DNA of 64,000 nt from Escherichia coli (GCF_030013595.1 NZ_CP122768.1), one strand, 5' to 3'. Positions 50,442 to 63,573 are shown, counted from the first letter of the stretch. The notes: generated by a model not told the origin, from the letters alone. A program made the numbers and translations.

Positions 50442-50932
50442 GCGCTTCCCGCCAGCGTCCGGGCAATCACCTGCTGCCCACGCTGTTTGACCGCCTGTGT
50501 GATGATGCCCCAAACCAGAAACGCGACCACGATATCAGCGTCAGCCCGGTTCAGCTTAAGGAGATCATTCGCCGGGATTTGTCATTTCTGCTCAACACCG
50601 TCAGCCATGAAGATGATATTGATGCTGCACGTTATCCGGACGCGGCAGCGTCCGTACTGAACTACGGCCTGCCGCCACTGGCGGGCAGCTTTCTGTATGA
50701 ACACAAGTGGGACGATATTCGCAGGGCCATTTTGCGTACCATCATCCGGTTTGAACCCCGGCTGAAAGCGTCCACCCTGCAAATCATCCCACTTCAGGAT
50801 GAGCGCCACCAGAGCGGCCATAACACATTACAGTTTGAAATTCGCGGCGAGATCCTCACGCAGCCCTACCCGATGGCATTCCGGGTACGCAGCGCGCTGG
50901 ATATGGAACAGAGCCGCATTACGTTTTTTTAA
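50438..50932 (+). CDS. tssE: T6SS baseplate protein TssE
   Basis: 164 aa; LLPTLFDRLCDD N-terminal motif; GTG start overlapping the tagJ stop. Confidence 0.8.
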   Translation: MSASRQRPGNHLLPTLFDRLCDDAPNQKRDHDISVSPVQLKEIIRRDLSFLLNTVSHEDDIDAARYPDAAASVLNYGLPPLAGSFLYEHKWDDIRRAILRTIIRFEPRLKASTLQIIPLQDERHQSGHNTLQFEIRGEILTQPYPMAFRVRSALDMEQSRITFF

Positions 50933-50947
50933 TTCAGAGAGAAACCG

Positions 50948-52830
50948 ATGGATCCACGGCTACTGGAATACTACAACCGCGAACTGAGCTATCTGCGGGA
51001 AACGGGAGCCGAATTTGCCGCCCGTCATCCTAAAGTCGCCGCCCGACTGGGTATGCAGGGAACGGATATTGCCGATCCGTATGTGGAGCGAATGGTCGAG
51101 GCCTTCAGCTTCCTGACCGCCCGCACGCAGCTAAAAATTGACGCTGAATTCCCCCGTTTCACCCAGCGTCTGCTGGAAGTGGTCAGCCCCAATTACGTCA
51201 CACCCACGCCCTCAATGAGCGTGGCGCAGCTTCATCCCAATCCGGAAGAAGGCGATCTGGCGAAGGGATTCACCGTCCCGCGCAACACGGCCTTTTTTTC
51301 CGCCATTCCGGAAGGCGAAAGTACCGCCTGCCAGTTTCGTAGCAGCCAGAATGTGACGCTGTGGCCGCTTGCCATCGAAGAGGTGCGGCTGACCGCCGCG
51401 CCGCCGGATATGCCTGCCCTGCACCGCTACCTGCCAGCCAACATTCACGTCGCTGGTGCGCTGCGTATTACCCTGCGCACCTTTGGTGAACTGACGTTCA
51501 GTCAGCTTGCAGGGCTGAACAAGCTGCCATTTTATCTCTGCGGCGAGGAGCGCACGGCCTCACACCTGTTCGAACTACTGCATACCAGCGCCATCGCGAG
51601 CCTGGCTGGCATTCCGGGGCATTTTGACGGCGCACTGGATGTGAATCTGAAACAGCCCGTTATGTACGAAGGCCTGGATCCGGATCAGGGACTGTTGCCG
51701 CTGGCGTGGAATGTGTTTCACGGCCATAACCTGCTACATGAATATTTTACCTGTCCGGAACGCTTCTTTTTTTCACCCCGACAGGCCTGTCTGCCGGGTT
51801 ACAGAAAATTAACGGCGGCGTGGCGGAGATTGTTATCCTGCTGAACCGCCTGCCGCCGGACTGGCTGATCCACCAGACAAACGCGGCACAGTTCAGCCTG
51901 TTCTGTACCCCGGTTATCAACCTGTTTCCCCGCGTCGCCGCCCGGATCGATGTCACGCACAGCACGACGGAACAGCATCTGGTGGTGGACAGAACCCATC
52001 CGCTGGATTATGAGGTGTTCTCGGTCCAGGAAGTGGAAGGGCTGGAAACTGACACCACACGGAAGATGGCCTTTCGCCCGCTCTACCACACCCGCAATAA
52101 TGATGAAGGCAATCACGGACGTTATTTTTCCCTGCGCCGGGAGCCGCGCCGGTTGTCGGAAAATGCCCGCCGCTATGGCACCCGCACCTCCTATACAGGA
52201 TCAGAAGTGTTCCTGTCGCTGGTTGACCAGTATGAAGCGCCGTACCCGGAAAATCTGCGCCATATCACCATCACGGCTATGGTCACCAACCGCGATCTGC
52301 CCTGTCTTATTGCCCGCAATGGACGGGACGATCTGACCGTGGATGCGGCCATCCCGGTGGCGGGCGTGGGGCTTATCCGTCCGCCGCGTCCGCCGCAGCC
52401 TCCGCTGGCTGAACGTGAAATGGCCTGGCGGTTGATCCGCCAGTTATCCTTTAACTATCTGCCGCTGGCCGATCTGGATCACCGTACCGGTGGTCAGGCG
52501 CTGCGCGATCTGCTTAACCTGTTTATTCCGGCGCATGACAGTCCGCAGTCGCGCCAGGTGCGCAGCCTGATTGGCTGCAACACCACCCCGGTCACCCGCC
52601 GTCTGCCCGGTTCCGGGCTGCTGGTCTATGGGCGCGGCGTCAGTTGTGAACTGACCGTGGATGAGGAGGGGTTCTCCGGTATCAGTCCGTATCTGTTCGG
52701 TCTGGTGTTGGAGCACTATATCGCCCGTCATGTTTCCATTAATACCTTCTCGCAGATGACGCTGCACAGCATGCAGCGCGGCAAAATTATGACCTGGCCT
52801 GCCAGGGCGGGACAGCGGGGAAGCGTATGA
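50948..52830 (+). pseudogene. tssF: T6SS baseplate protein TssF, frameshifted in a T7 homopolymer (51767-51773)
   Basis: Two overlapping ORFs (50948-51844 frame 2; 51820-52830 frame 1) together give a TssF-length protein; an eighth T would restore ...ERFFFFTPTGLSAGL... Confidence 0.7.
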
Positions 52831-53822
52831 GCGACGATTTCACTCAGGCGCAGGAAACCCCCTGGCGTTACGGTTTTCTGAACCTGATGCGCCGCGTGGA
52901 TGTGCAGTTGTGTACTGTTCCGGCAGGCAACACCTGGCAACCACGGATGGAAAAATTTCGCCTCGGACAAACTCCCGCGCTGACCTTTGCGCCACGGGAA
53001 ATCGCCAGTGTGAGCTGGCAGGAAGAGCGGCTGCACATCAGTTTGTACAGTCTCGGGCTGTGGGAGCCGAACGGTCCACTGCCGCTGCACTACACCGAAC
53101 TGGCGCGCAACCGGACTGAAAGCCGAAGAGACCCGACGCTAACCCGTTTTTCTGATCTTTTTCATCACCGCTGGCTGACGCAGTTTTACCAGGCATGGCG
53201 CAGCGCCCAGTCCGCTGGGGGCGGTCTGGATAAACCACAACATGACCGTTTTGCCTTTTATATCGCCAGCCTCAGCGGGCAGGATTTGCGGGAGAGCGCC
53301 GACAGCCCGTTGCCGGATCACGCTCGCCTGGCGGCATCGGCCCATCTGGTGCGTGAGTCCCGCAATCCGGACGGTCTGGCCACCACGCTGGCGCACTATT
53401 TCGGTGTACCTTTCCGGATACAGGAGTATGTCCTGCACTGGATAGCCGTGGCGGACGATGAGATCACCCGGCTGGGGATGCCAGCCCCCTCTTCCGTTAT
53501 TGGCAACGGTGCACTCATCGGCCAGGCCGTGCCGGACATGCAGTATAAGTTCCGGCTGGTTATCGGCCCGCTGACGCTGGAGGATTACCGACGTTTTCTG
53601 CCTGGCGGCAATAACCTGCCAGTCCTGACAGAACTGGTCCGCGCCTTTAGCGGTTTTGAATACTGCTGGGAAATTGAGCTACAGCTAAAGCCCCACGCCG
53701 CCCCTCCGGCTGTTACCGGTGGTTCGTACCAACTGGGCTGGACCGCATGGGCGGGTAAAGCCATGCACGAAAACCCGGTGACGGGCATGATTTTCGAACC
53801 AGAACACTACCTGGCGCACTGA
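52827..53822 (+). CDS. tssG: T6SS baseplate protein TssG
   Basis: 331 aa after tssF; TssG-like N-terminus. Confidence 0.8.
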   Translation: MSDDFTQAQETPWRYGFLNLMRRVDVQLCTVPAGNTWQPRMEKFRLGQTPALTFAPREIASVSWQEERLHISLYSLGLWEPNGPLPLHYTELARNRTESRRDPTLTRFSDLFHHRWLTQFYQAWRSAQSAGGGLDKPQHDRFAFYIASLSGQDLRESADSPLPDHARLAASAHLVRESRNPDGLATTLAHYFGVPFRIQEYVLHWIAVADDEITRLGMPAPSSVIGNGALIGQAVPDMQYKFRLVIGPLTLEDYRRFLPGGNNLPVLTELVRAFSGFEYCWEIELQLKPHAAPPAVTGGSYQLGWTAWAGKAMHENPVTGMIFEPEHYLAH

Positions 53823-53832
53823 GGATAATTTA

Positions 53833-54879
53833 ATGGATACATCCCTGTCTGACCCAATTTCGGCAGAATGCCCCTGCGGCCCGGATCTGGAGTACGATCC
53901 GGAATACCTGCTACTGTTCACGCGCGCCGCACCGCGTGAAGAAGCGCAATACGGCGATTTTGTCAGTACGCCGGAAACCATTAACTGGGCGGAGCTTGAG
54001 CGGGATGCCTGCCGACTGCTGACGCGCAGCAAAGATATCCGCATTCTGGTTGTCCTGCTGCGCTGCCGTATCCAGCAGGCCGGTGCCAGGGGACTGGCGG
54101 AGGCGCTCGCGCTGCTGGAAACGTTGTGCGCCACGTACCCGAACGCCATCCATCCTCAACTGCTCGCGACTGAAGATATCACCGCCGAAGAGGCGGCAGT
54201 GGCACGTAGTAACGCCCTGGCGGCGTTGCTGGACCATGAAGGCGTAATAGCGGATATTCGTGGCATTACACTGTCAAACAATGCTGCCATACGCCTTCAG
54301 GTACGGGATGTGGAGCGTTCGCTGTCTGCATCACGCCCGGCGGATGCGCTGGCACCAGAATCGGTACGCCAGCAACTGGCCGACCTGGAGGCGCGCGGCA
54401 CACTGCCGCTGGATGCCTTTCGCCAGGCCGCAGAGACCACTGAGCGGCTGCAACGCCATGCGCGTGAAACGCTGAATGACCAGGCACCGAACCTATCCCG
54501 TCTGACACAATTGCTGGCCCTGTTGCCGGGAGCGATACGGACCACCACGCCGGAGATCCTGCCACAACCAGTGGCTGAACAGCCGGAGAGCACCACCATC
54601 GTTCATACTGAACAGATATCATCAGAGCAGATTGCGCTACCGGTGCATATCGCGGAGGAAATATCACCGATGTCCGGCGCAGACCCCCGGCAGATCCGCG
54701 ACCGGAACGACGCGCTGGAACGCCTGCGTGTCATCCGTCGCTGGTTTGAGCACAGCGAACCGAGCAGCCCGACCATTCCTTTGCTGCGCCAGGCAGAACG
54801 CCTGGTCGGAAAACGCTTCTCGGAGGTAATAAATGAAATTCCAGTAGAACTGCTGGAAAAATGGGATGCGCTGGAGTAA
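53833..54879 (+). CDS. tssA: T6SS protein TssA (ImpA N-terminal domain)
   Basis: 348 aa; ImpA_N-type motif CGPDLEYDPEY; gagga ribosome-binding site. Confidence 0.8.
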   Translation: MDTSLSDPISAECPCGPDLEYDPEYLLLFTRAAPREEAQYGDFVSTPETINWAELERDACRLLTRSKDIRILVVLLRCRIQQAGARGLAEALALLETLCATYPNAIHPQLLATEDITAEEAAVARSNALAALLDHEGVIADIRGITLSNNAAIRLQVRDVERSLSASRPADALAPESVRQQLADLEARGTLPLDAFRQAAETTERLQRHARETLNDQAPNLSRLTQLLALLPGAIRTTTPEILPQPVAEQPESTTIVHTEQISSEQIALPVHIAEEISPMSGADPRQIRDRNDALERLRVIRRWFEHSEPSSPTIPLLRQAERLVGKRFSEVINEIPVELLEKWDALE

Positions 54880-54885
54880 CAGAAG

Positions 54886-54917
54886 TGGCCAGAATTTATA
54901 TTATCTGGCCATTTTTT
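54886..54917 (+). terminator. Rho-independent terminator after tssA
   Basis: tggccaga-(10 nt loop)-tctggcca followed by tttttt. Confidence 0.75.
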
Positions 54918-54972
54918 AAATCATATTCGTTTTACTTGCGGAGTGAAAAATTCTCGCTTCACCAAAACGACG

Positions 54973-55002
54973 AAAGCCCGAATCAGTAATGATTCGGGCT
55001 TT
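54973..55002 (-). terminator. Terminator hairpin downstream of aspV
   Basis: aaagcccgaatc-agtaat-gattcgggcttt perfect 12 bp stem just 3' of the tRNA. Confidence 0.7.
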
Positions 55003-55010
55003 CTGAATAT

Positions 55011-55087
55011 TGGCGGAACGGACGGGACTCGAACCCGCGACCCCCTGCGTGACAGGCAGGTATTCTAACCGACTGAACTACCGCTCC
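55011..55087 (-). tRNA. aspV: tRNA-Asp (GUC)
   Basis: Reverse complement is the 77 nt E. coli tRNA-Asp, GGAGCGGTAGTTCAGTCGGTTAGAATACCTGCCTGTCACGCAGGGGGTCGCGGGTTCGAGTCCCGTCCGTTCCGCCA. Confidence 0.95.
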
Positions 55088-55219
55088 GCGTTGTGTTCCG
55101 TTGGGAACGAGGCGAATATTACGGATTGCCTCTCCCTTCGTCAACGGTTTTTCTCATCTTTTGAATCGTTTGCTGCAAAAATCGCCCAAGTCGCTATTTT
55201 TAGCGCCTTTTACAGGTAT

Positions 55220-55951
55220 TTATGCCCGCCAGAGGCAGCTTCCCCCCTTCTTCTGCACCAGATCGAGACGGGCTTCATGTGCTGCAAGCTCTTCATCTGT
55301 CGCAAAAACAACGCGTAACTTACTTGCCTGACGCACAATGCGCTGAATTGTTGTTTCATCTTGTTGCTGTTGTGTCTCTCCTTCCATCGCAAAAGCCATC
55401 GACGTTTGCCCACCAGTCATCGCCAGATAAACTTCCGCAAGGATCTGGGCATCGAGTAATGCCCCGTGCAACGTTCGTTTACTGTTATCTATTTCGTAGC
55501 GGGCACATAACGCATCGAGGCTGTTGCGCTTACCGGGAAACATTTTCCTCGCCACCGCAAGGCTATCGGTGACCTTACAGAAGGTATTGGTCTTCGGAAT
55601 ATCGCGCTTAAGCAACGAAAACTCGTAGTCCATAAAGCCGATATCGAACGCTGCGTTATGGATCACCAACTCCGCGCCGCGAATATAGTCCATGAACTCA
55701 TCGGCTACTTCGGCAAACGTGGGCTTATCGAGCAAAAATTCATCGGCAATACCATGTACGCCAAAGGCTTCCGGATCCACCAGCCGATCGGGTTTGAGAT
55801 AAACATGGAAGTTATTGCCCGTCAGGCGACGGTTCACCACTTCAACGGCACCAATCTCAATGATCTTGTGGCCTTCATAGTGCGCGCCAATCTGGTTCAT
55901 ACCGGTAGTTTCGGTATCGAGAACGATCTGGCGTGTAATTGCAGTGCTCAT
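55220..55951 (-). CDS. dnaQ: DNA polymerase III epsilon subunit (3'-5' proofreading exonuclease)
   Basis: Start at [17 protein letters not shown]; DEDDh exonuclease motifs; divergent from rnhA. Confidence 0.95.
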
Positions 55952-56015
55952 AGCGGTCATTTATGTCAGACTTGTCGTTTTACAGTTCGATTCAATTACA
56001 GGAAGTCTACCAGAG

Positions 56016-56483
56016 ATGCTTAAACAGGTAGAAATTTTCACCGATGGTTCGTGTCTGGGCAATCCTGGACCTGGGGGTTACGGCGCTATTTTACGCTATC
56101 GCGGACGCGAGAAAACCTTTAGCGCAGGCTACACCCGCACCACCAACAACCGTATGGAGTTGATGGCCGCTATTGTCGCGCTGGAGGCGTTAAAAGAACA
56201 TTGCGAAGTCATTTTGAGTACCGACAGCCAGTATGTCCGCCAGGGTATCACCCAGTGGATCCATAACTGGAAAAAACGTGGCTGGAAAACAGCAGACAAA
56301 AAACCAGTAAAAAATGTCGATCTCTGGCAACGTCTTGATGCTGCGCTGGGGCAGCATCAAATCAAATGGGAATGGGTTAAAGGCCATGCCGGACACCCGG
56401 AAAACGAACGTTGCGATGAACTGGCTCGTGCCGCAGCGATGAATCCCACACTGGAAGATACGGGCTATCAAGTCGAAGTTTAA
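56016..56483 (+). CDS. rnhA: Ribonuclease HI
   Basis: 155 aa from [23 protein letters not shown]; matches E. coli RnhA. Confidence 0.95.
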
Positions 56484-57202
56484 GCCTGTGGTTTACGACA
56501 TTGCCGGGTGGCTCCAACCGCCTGGCGAATTCGTGGCTTGTTTTTACTCTGTTTCATCGGATTTAGCGTTAAAGGAATAGTCCGTTTCCGGGCGACAATA
56601 AGTTGTAAGCAACCAAGCGCAGGAATATGCGCATTCAATAGTTTTCCACCGTGTTTGTTCCACGGGAGAACGTGGAAACGGCTGGCGTGTAGCACTTCAA
56701 AATTCAACAAAGAGAGCCAGTCCAGCTGCCGCATCAGAGTAAACATCCGGCTATTATAGGGCGAGGTTTTGCGCAATACCGGCACAAGTTTTCGTAATCC
56801 CATTAAACTGATGGGATTGAAGCCACTAATCACCAGCCAGCCATCATCAATCAATACCCGATCGGCTTCACGCAATAAACGATGCGGATCGGTGCACCAC
56901 GGCAATGTATGTGCCAGTAGACAAACATCAACGGATTTATCGGCAAAAGGAAGATGAAGTGGGTCCGCCTGCACCTGGACGGGCATTCCTTGCGCAGAAA
57001 CATTCACTTGATGAGAAACCGCGCACGCTTCGCAATTGATTTCTGCGCTTAAATTGCCAATCTTAAGCAGATGAAAACCATACATTTTAGTGAACCACGG
57101 GTTGAGCTGGCGCTCCAGCGCCTTGCGATAAAGCTCTCCCCAGGGCAAATCGCCCCAGCAATCAGGAGCCACGACAGTTTGAGGGACTCTTGCCGGTTTC
57201 AT
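56480..57202 (-). CDS. yafS: SAM-dependent methyltransferase YafS
   Basis: Start chosen at [11 protein letters not shown] (the ORF allows 6 more codons upstream); conserved K-12 neighbour. Confidence 0.85.
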
Positions 57203-57232
57203 CACAACCTTCCGTTTCACACTGAGAGGTAA

Positions 57233-57991
<759 letters not shown>

Positions 57992-58062
57992 TAAAACTTT
58001 CTTGTCATCGGCTCCGTTCGCCGTTATGATCGGTCGTCTTTTAAGCAACTATTGACACACAC

Positions 58063-59421
58063 ATGAAGGCAAAAGCGATATTACTCGCCTCTGTCCTGCT
58101 CGTGGGTTGCCAGAGTACCGGCAACGTTCAACAGCACGCACAGAGCCTTTCTGCAGCTGGTCAAGGGGAAGCAGCAAAGTTTACAAGTCAGGCACGATGG
58201 ATGGACGATGGGACGTCTATCGCGCCAGATGGTGACTTGTGGGCTTTCATTGGCGACGAGCTAAAGATGGGAATTCCGGAAAATGACCGGATTCGCGAAC
58301 AGAAACAGAAATATTTACGCAATAAGAGCTATCTCCACGATGTAACTTTACGGGCAGAGCCGTATATGTACTGGATAGCCGGGCAAGTTAAAAAACGTAA
58401 CATGCCTATGGAACTGGTACTACTACCCATAGTGGAGAGCGCTTTTGATCCTCACGCAACGTCTGGCGCCAATGCAGCAGGCATCTGGCAGATCATTCCG
58501 AGCACGGGGCGCAATTATGGTTTGAAACAGACCCGCAATTATGACGCGCGTCGCGATGTTGTTGCTTCAACAACTGCCGCGCTGAACATGATGCAGCGTC
58601 TGAACAAGATGTTTGACGGCGACTGGCTTCTGACCGTAGCGGCTTATAACAGCGGCGAAGGTCGAGTCATGAAGGCAATTAAAACGAACAAAGCGCGTGG
58701 GAAATCCACGGACTTCTGGTCGTTACCGTTGCCGCAGGAAACGAAGCAGTACGTGCCTAAAATGCTGGCATTGAGTGATATTCTCAAAAACAGCAAGCGT
58801 TATGGCGTACGTCTGCCAACGACCGATGAAAGCCGTGCTCTGGCGCGTGTGCACCTGAGCAGCCCAGTTGAAATGGCGAAGGTTGCAGATATGGCGGGGA
58901 TTTCCGTCAGCAAGCTGAAGACATTCAACGCTGGCGTGAAAGGCTCCACGCTGGGCGCAAGTGGTCCGCAGTACGTGATGGTGCCAAAGAAGCATGCAGA
59001 TCAACTGCGTGAATCTCTGGCTTCGGGCGAAATTGCTGCTGTACAGTCGACGCTGGTTGCCGACAATACGCCGCTTAACAGCCGTGTTTACACCGTACGC
59101 TCTGGCGACACGCTTTCAAGTATCGCTTCACGTCTCGGCGTTAGCACCAAAGATTTGCAGCAGTGGAACAAACTGCGCGGCTCTAAGCTGAAACCAGGCC
59201 AAAGTCTGACGATTGGCGCAGGTAGTAGCGCACAGCGGTTGGCAAACAACAGCGATAGCATTACTTATCGTGTGCGCAAAGGCGATTCGCTTTCAAGCAT
59301 TGCTAAACGCCACGGCGTGAACATCAAAGATGTGATGCGCTGGAACAGCGATACTGCGAATCTGCAACCAGGCGATAAGCTGACGTTGTTTGTGAAAAAC
59401 AACAACATGCCAGATTCCTGA
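58063..59421 (+). CDS. mltD: Membrane-bound lytic murein transglycosylase D
   Basis: 452 aa; lipoprotein signal LLVGC; transglycosylase domain plus C-terminal LysM repeats. Confidence 0.95.
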   Translation: MKAKAILLASVLLVGCQSTGNVQQHAQSLSAAGQGEAAKFTSQARWMDDGTSIAPDGDLWAFIGDELKMGIPENDRIREQKQKYLRNKSYLHDVTLRAEPYMYWIAGQVKKRNMPMELVLLPIVESAFDPHATSGANAAGIWQIIPSTGRNYGLKQTRNYDARRDVVASTTAALNMMQRLNKMFDGDWLLTVAAYNSGEGRVMKAIKTNKARGKSTDFWSLPLPQETKQYVPKMLALSDILKNSKRYGVRLPTTDESRALARVHLSSPVEMAKVADMAGISVSKLKTFNAGVKGSTLGASGPQYVMVPKKHADQLRESLASGEIAAVQSTLVADNTPLNSRVYTVRSGDTLSSIASRLGVSTKDLQQWNKLRGSKLKPGQSLTIGAGSSAQRLANNSDSITYRVRKGDSLSSIAKRHGVNIKDVMRWNSDTANLQPGDKLTLFVKNNNMPDS

Positions 59422-59437
59422 CAAACCAGATAATGAA

Positions 59438-59467
59438 AGGCACCGATTCCCCCGGTGCCTTTTTTAT
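59438..59467 (+). terminator. Rho-independent terminator after mltD
   Basis: ggcaccg-attcccc-cggtgcc followed by tttttt. Confidence 0.8.
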
Positions 59468-60238
59468 TTATGCTGCTTTATGTGCTTCTACCATGATGAT
59501 ATCACTGGTGAAAGAGCCATCATTCTGCAAGGCAAAATACGTTTTCACCTCTGTCGATGCGCTCTGTTGGTAAATGCGAATAGCGTCTACTAACGCTTCT
59601 GGCGTACGCATTCTCGCGACCCATGAAGAAAATTCCAGCGGTAACTTATCTGTAATTAAATTATCAACTATCAGATTGGCTTCATTGATTAACGTCAACC
59701 ACTCACCGCTGGCGTAGTTTCGTACGTGAGAGGTATCGCGTAATGCTTCTACCGTCTGTAACCAGACGTCGCGCACTGGGTGACCCGGAGACATTACGTC
59801 CATCACAATCAGCCTACCGCCAGGTTTCAATATCCTATTCACTTCTCGCAGTGCTGCACCAACATCATGCCAGTGATGGGCAGAATAACGGCTGATAACA
59901 ATATCAAATGCGTTATCGGCAAATGGCAGACTTTCGGCATATCCCTGGCGGGTGGCGATATTTTTCAGGTGCCGGGCTTCGGCAGCTTGTGCCACGACAT
60001 CCAGCATTTGGGCAGATAAGTCATACGCCACCACCGCGCTCACGTTCTGCGCAGCGACAAAGCTGGCATGCCCTGCTCCGCAGCCCATATCAAGTACACT
60101 TGCATCAGGATAATCAGCCAGACGCACCGCCAGGCGTTGTAAATCTCGCCCGGATGCATGTACGGTACTGGTTAAATACTCACTGGCCTGCGAGCTAAAC
60201 TGCTTTTCTACGTGGTCATGGTGGGATTGTGTTGTCAT
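59468..60238 (-). CDS. yafE: SAM-dependent methyltransferase YafE
   Basis: 256 aa ORF; motif I LDMGCGAGH; K-12 may be annotated from a later start. Confidence 0.85.
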   Translation of the reverse strand: MTTQSHHDHVEKQFSSQASEYLTSTVHASGRDLQRLAVRLADYPDASVLDMGCGAGHASFVAAQNVSAVVAYDLSAQMLDVVAQAAEARHLKNIATRQGYAESLPFADNAFDIVISRYSAHHWHDVGAALREVNRILKPGGRLIVMDVMSPGHPVRDVWLQTVEALRDTSHVRNYASGEWLTLINEANLIVDNLITDKLPLEFSSWVARMRTPEALVDAIRIYQQSASTEVKTYFALQNDGSFTSDIIMVEAHKAA

Positions 60239-60314
60239 TGCGCTGTCCTTTTATTGTTTGATTAAAAAGGGCAGCGCCAAACGTTGGTCTGCCCTGTGGC
60301 AGACATGACATACC

Positions 60315-61166
<852 letters not shown>

Positions 61167-61355
61167 CTACTGTTATAGGGATTTTAGCTCACTCTTTCAA
61201 CGAGCAATTGTATATTGTTATGTAAGCAAGTGCTTACACCGGTCAGAATTTTGCTCATTATTGAGAACATTAAATCGGATGACATATCACGCATCCTGAT
61301 GGTTTAATGACAAATAAATTCAAAATATCTCATCTATTTTGCAACAGGAGCAAAA

Positions 61356-62270
61356 ATGAAAGCCACGTCGGAAGAACTCGCCATTTTTGTTTCGGTCGTC
61401 GAAAGCGGTAGCTTTAGCCGGGCAGCGGAACAATTAGGGCAAGCAAACTCAGCGGTAAGCCGGGCGGTGAAAAAGCTGGAGATGAAACTTGGCGTTAGCC
61501 TGCTTAATCGGACCACGCGGCAACTTAGCCTGACGGAAGAAGGCGAGCGTTATTTTCGTCGCGTACAGTCAATTTTGCAGGAGATGGCAGCGGCAGAATC
61601 AGAAATTATGGAGACGCGTAATACACCGCGTGGACTGTTGCGCATCGATGCCGCAACTCCAGTAGTGCTGCACTTTCTGATGCCGTTGATTAAGCCTTTC
61701 CGTGAACGCTATCCGGAAGTCACTTTATCACTAGTCTCCTCCGAAACGATTATTAATTTGATCGAAAGAAAAGTGGATGTCGCGATACGCGCCGGTACGT
61801 TAACGGATTCCAGCTTACGTGCCAGGCCGTTATTTAACAGTTATCGAAAAATTATAGCCTCCCCCGATTATATTTCCCGCTATGGGAAGCCAGAAACGCT
61901 CGACGATTTAAAGCAACATGTTTGCCTGGGATTCACTGAACCCGCTTCCCTCAATACCTGGCCGATAGCCTGTAGCGATGGACAATTACATGAGGTGAAG
62001 TACGGTTTGTCATCCAATAGTGGGGAAACACTGAAACAGCTTTGCCTGAGTGGCAACGGGATTGCGTGTTTGTCCGACTACATGATCGACAGAGAAATCG
62101 CTCGCGGAGAATTGGTGGAGTTAATGGCAGATAAAGTGTTGCCAGTGGAAATGCCATTCAGTGCAGTCTATTACAGCGACCGTGCGGTAAGTACGCGCAT
62201 CCGGGCTTTTATCGATTTCCTTAGCGAGCATGTAAAAACAGCTCCCGGAGGAGCTGTCAGAGAGACTTAA
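61356..62270 (+). CDS. yafC: LysR-family transcriptional regulator YafC
   Basis: 304 aa; N-terminal [26 protein letters not shown]. Confidence 0.9.
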   Translation: MKATSEELAIFVSVVESGSFSRAAEQLGQANSAVSRAVKKLEMKLGVSLLNRTTRQLSLTEEGERYFRRVQSILQEMAAAESEIMETRNTPRGLLRIDAATPVVLHFLMPLIKPFRERYPEVTLSLVSSETIINLIERKVDVAIRAGTLTDSSLRARPLFNSYRKIIASPDYISRYGKPETLDDLKQHVCLGFTEPASLNTWPIACSDGQLHEVKYGLSSNSGETLKQLCLSGNGIACLSDYMIDREIARGELVELMADKVLPVEMPFSAVYYSDRAVSTRIRAFIDFLSEHVKTAPGGAVRET

Positions 62271-63070
62271 TCCCATTCAGGAGCCAGACCTTCCGGGCTA
62301 ACCAGGCGGTCGTTGCAATCCAGTGCGGCGATCGCTTTTTTATCTTCGGCATCAAGCTGTAAATTTTGTGCCTTAAGATTACTTTCCAGGTTTTTACGTT
62401 TAGTAGAAGAAGGAATTACTGAGTAACCTTCCCCCATAGCCCACGCCAGAATCACTTGTGCCGGAGTCGCATTGTGTTTAGCTGCGATACGAGCAATAAC
62501 CTCATCTTTCAGGGCCTTACCATACGCCAGCGTCATATAGGAAGTAATATGGATGCCGTGCTGTTTAGCCCAGGCAACCACTTTACGGTTTTGCAGATAA
62601 GGAGAGAGTTCAATCTGGTTAGTAGCGATGTTTTCAGCACCAACAGCAGCAATCGCTTTTTCCATCAATGGGATCGTGAAGTTGGAAATACCGATCTCAC
62701 GCGTCAGCCCTTGTTTTTTGGCTTCCAGCAGCGCCTGCATAAACTCTTCAACAGAGACTTCATCGTTTGGTGACGGCCAGTGGATTAGCGTCAGATCAAC
62801 ATAATCAGTACGCAATTTTTGCAGGCTCTCTTGCAGACTCGGGATCAATTTGTCTTTGCTGAGATTTTCAATCCAGATTTTAGTGGTGATGTAGAGTTCA
62901 TGACGTGGCACGCCACTTTCTGCAATCGCCTGACCTACGGCAGCTTCGTTATCATAGATTTGTGCGGTATCAATTGCGCGATAACCAAGTTCAAGCGCCG
63001 TTTTCACAGATGAAATAACAACGTCGTCTTTGAGACGGAAAGTACCTAAACCAAATGCAGGGATAGCCAT
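62267..63070 (-). CDS. dkgB: 2,5-diketo-D-gluconate reductase B (aldo-keto reductase)
   Basis: 267 aa; matches E. coli DkgB. Confidence 0.95.
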   Translation of the reverse strand: MAIPAFGLGTFRLKDDVVISSVKTALELGYRAIDTAQIYDNEAAVGQAIAESGVPRHELYITTKIWIENLSKDKLIPSLQESLQKLRTDYVDLTLIHWPSPNDEVSVEEFMQALLEAKKQGLTREIGISNFTIPLMEKAIAAVGAENIATNQIELSPYLQNRKVVAWAKQHGIHITSYMTLAYGKALKDEVIARIAAKHNATPAQVILAWAMGEGYSVIPSSTKRKNLESNLKAQNLQLDAEDKKAIAALDCNDRLVSPEGLAPEWD

Positions 63071-63192
63071 AATATGCCTCTTTTAATGCTATTTTCGTTA
63101 ACTGAGGTGATTATGGGCTTCAGACTGTTGCGGAAAAAGAGCGTAAAATGCAGAGGATTTTTGCGATTCTGGCAATAATAGATATACAGACG

Positions 63193-63226
63193 AAAAAAAA
63201 CCTCGAGCGTTAACTCGAGGCTTCTT
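63193..63226 (-). terminator. Rho-independent terminator after aspU / rrnH
   Basis: Minus strand reads cctcgag-ttaacg-ctcgagg followed by tttttttt. Confidence 0.8.
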
Positions 63227-63232
63227 AATAAG

Positions 63233-63309
63233 TGGCGGAACGGACGGGACTCGAACCCGCGACCCCCTGCGTGACAGGCAGGTATTCTAACCGACTGAAC
63301 TACCGCTCC
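63233..63309 (-). tRNA. aspU: tRNA-Asp (GUC)
   Basis: Second copy identical to aspV, distal gene of the rrn operon. Confidence 0.95.
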
Positions 63310-63361
63310 ACCGAATTCTTTTACAACCACCGGTTTTATGACCGGCTTACTGCTTAATTTG

Positions 63362-63481
63362 ATGCCTGGCAGTTCCCTACTCTCGCATGGGGAGACCCCA
63401 CACTACCATCGGCGCTACGGCGTTTCACTTCTGAGTTCGGCATGGGGTCAGGTGGGACCACCGCGCTAAGGCCGCCAGGCA
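63362..63481 (-). rRNA. rrfH: 5S ribosomal RNA
   Basis: 120 nt; reverse complement matches E. coli 5S rRNA (TGCCTGGCGGCC ... GGAACTGCCAGGCAT). Confidence 0.95.
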
Positions 63482-63573
63482 AATTCTGTTTCATCAGACC
63501 GCTTCTGCGTTCTGAGTTAATCTGTATCAGGCTGAAAATCTTCTCTCATCCGCCAAAACATCTTCGGCGTTGT

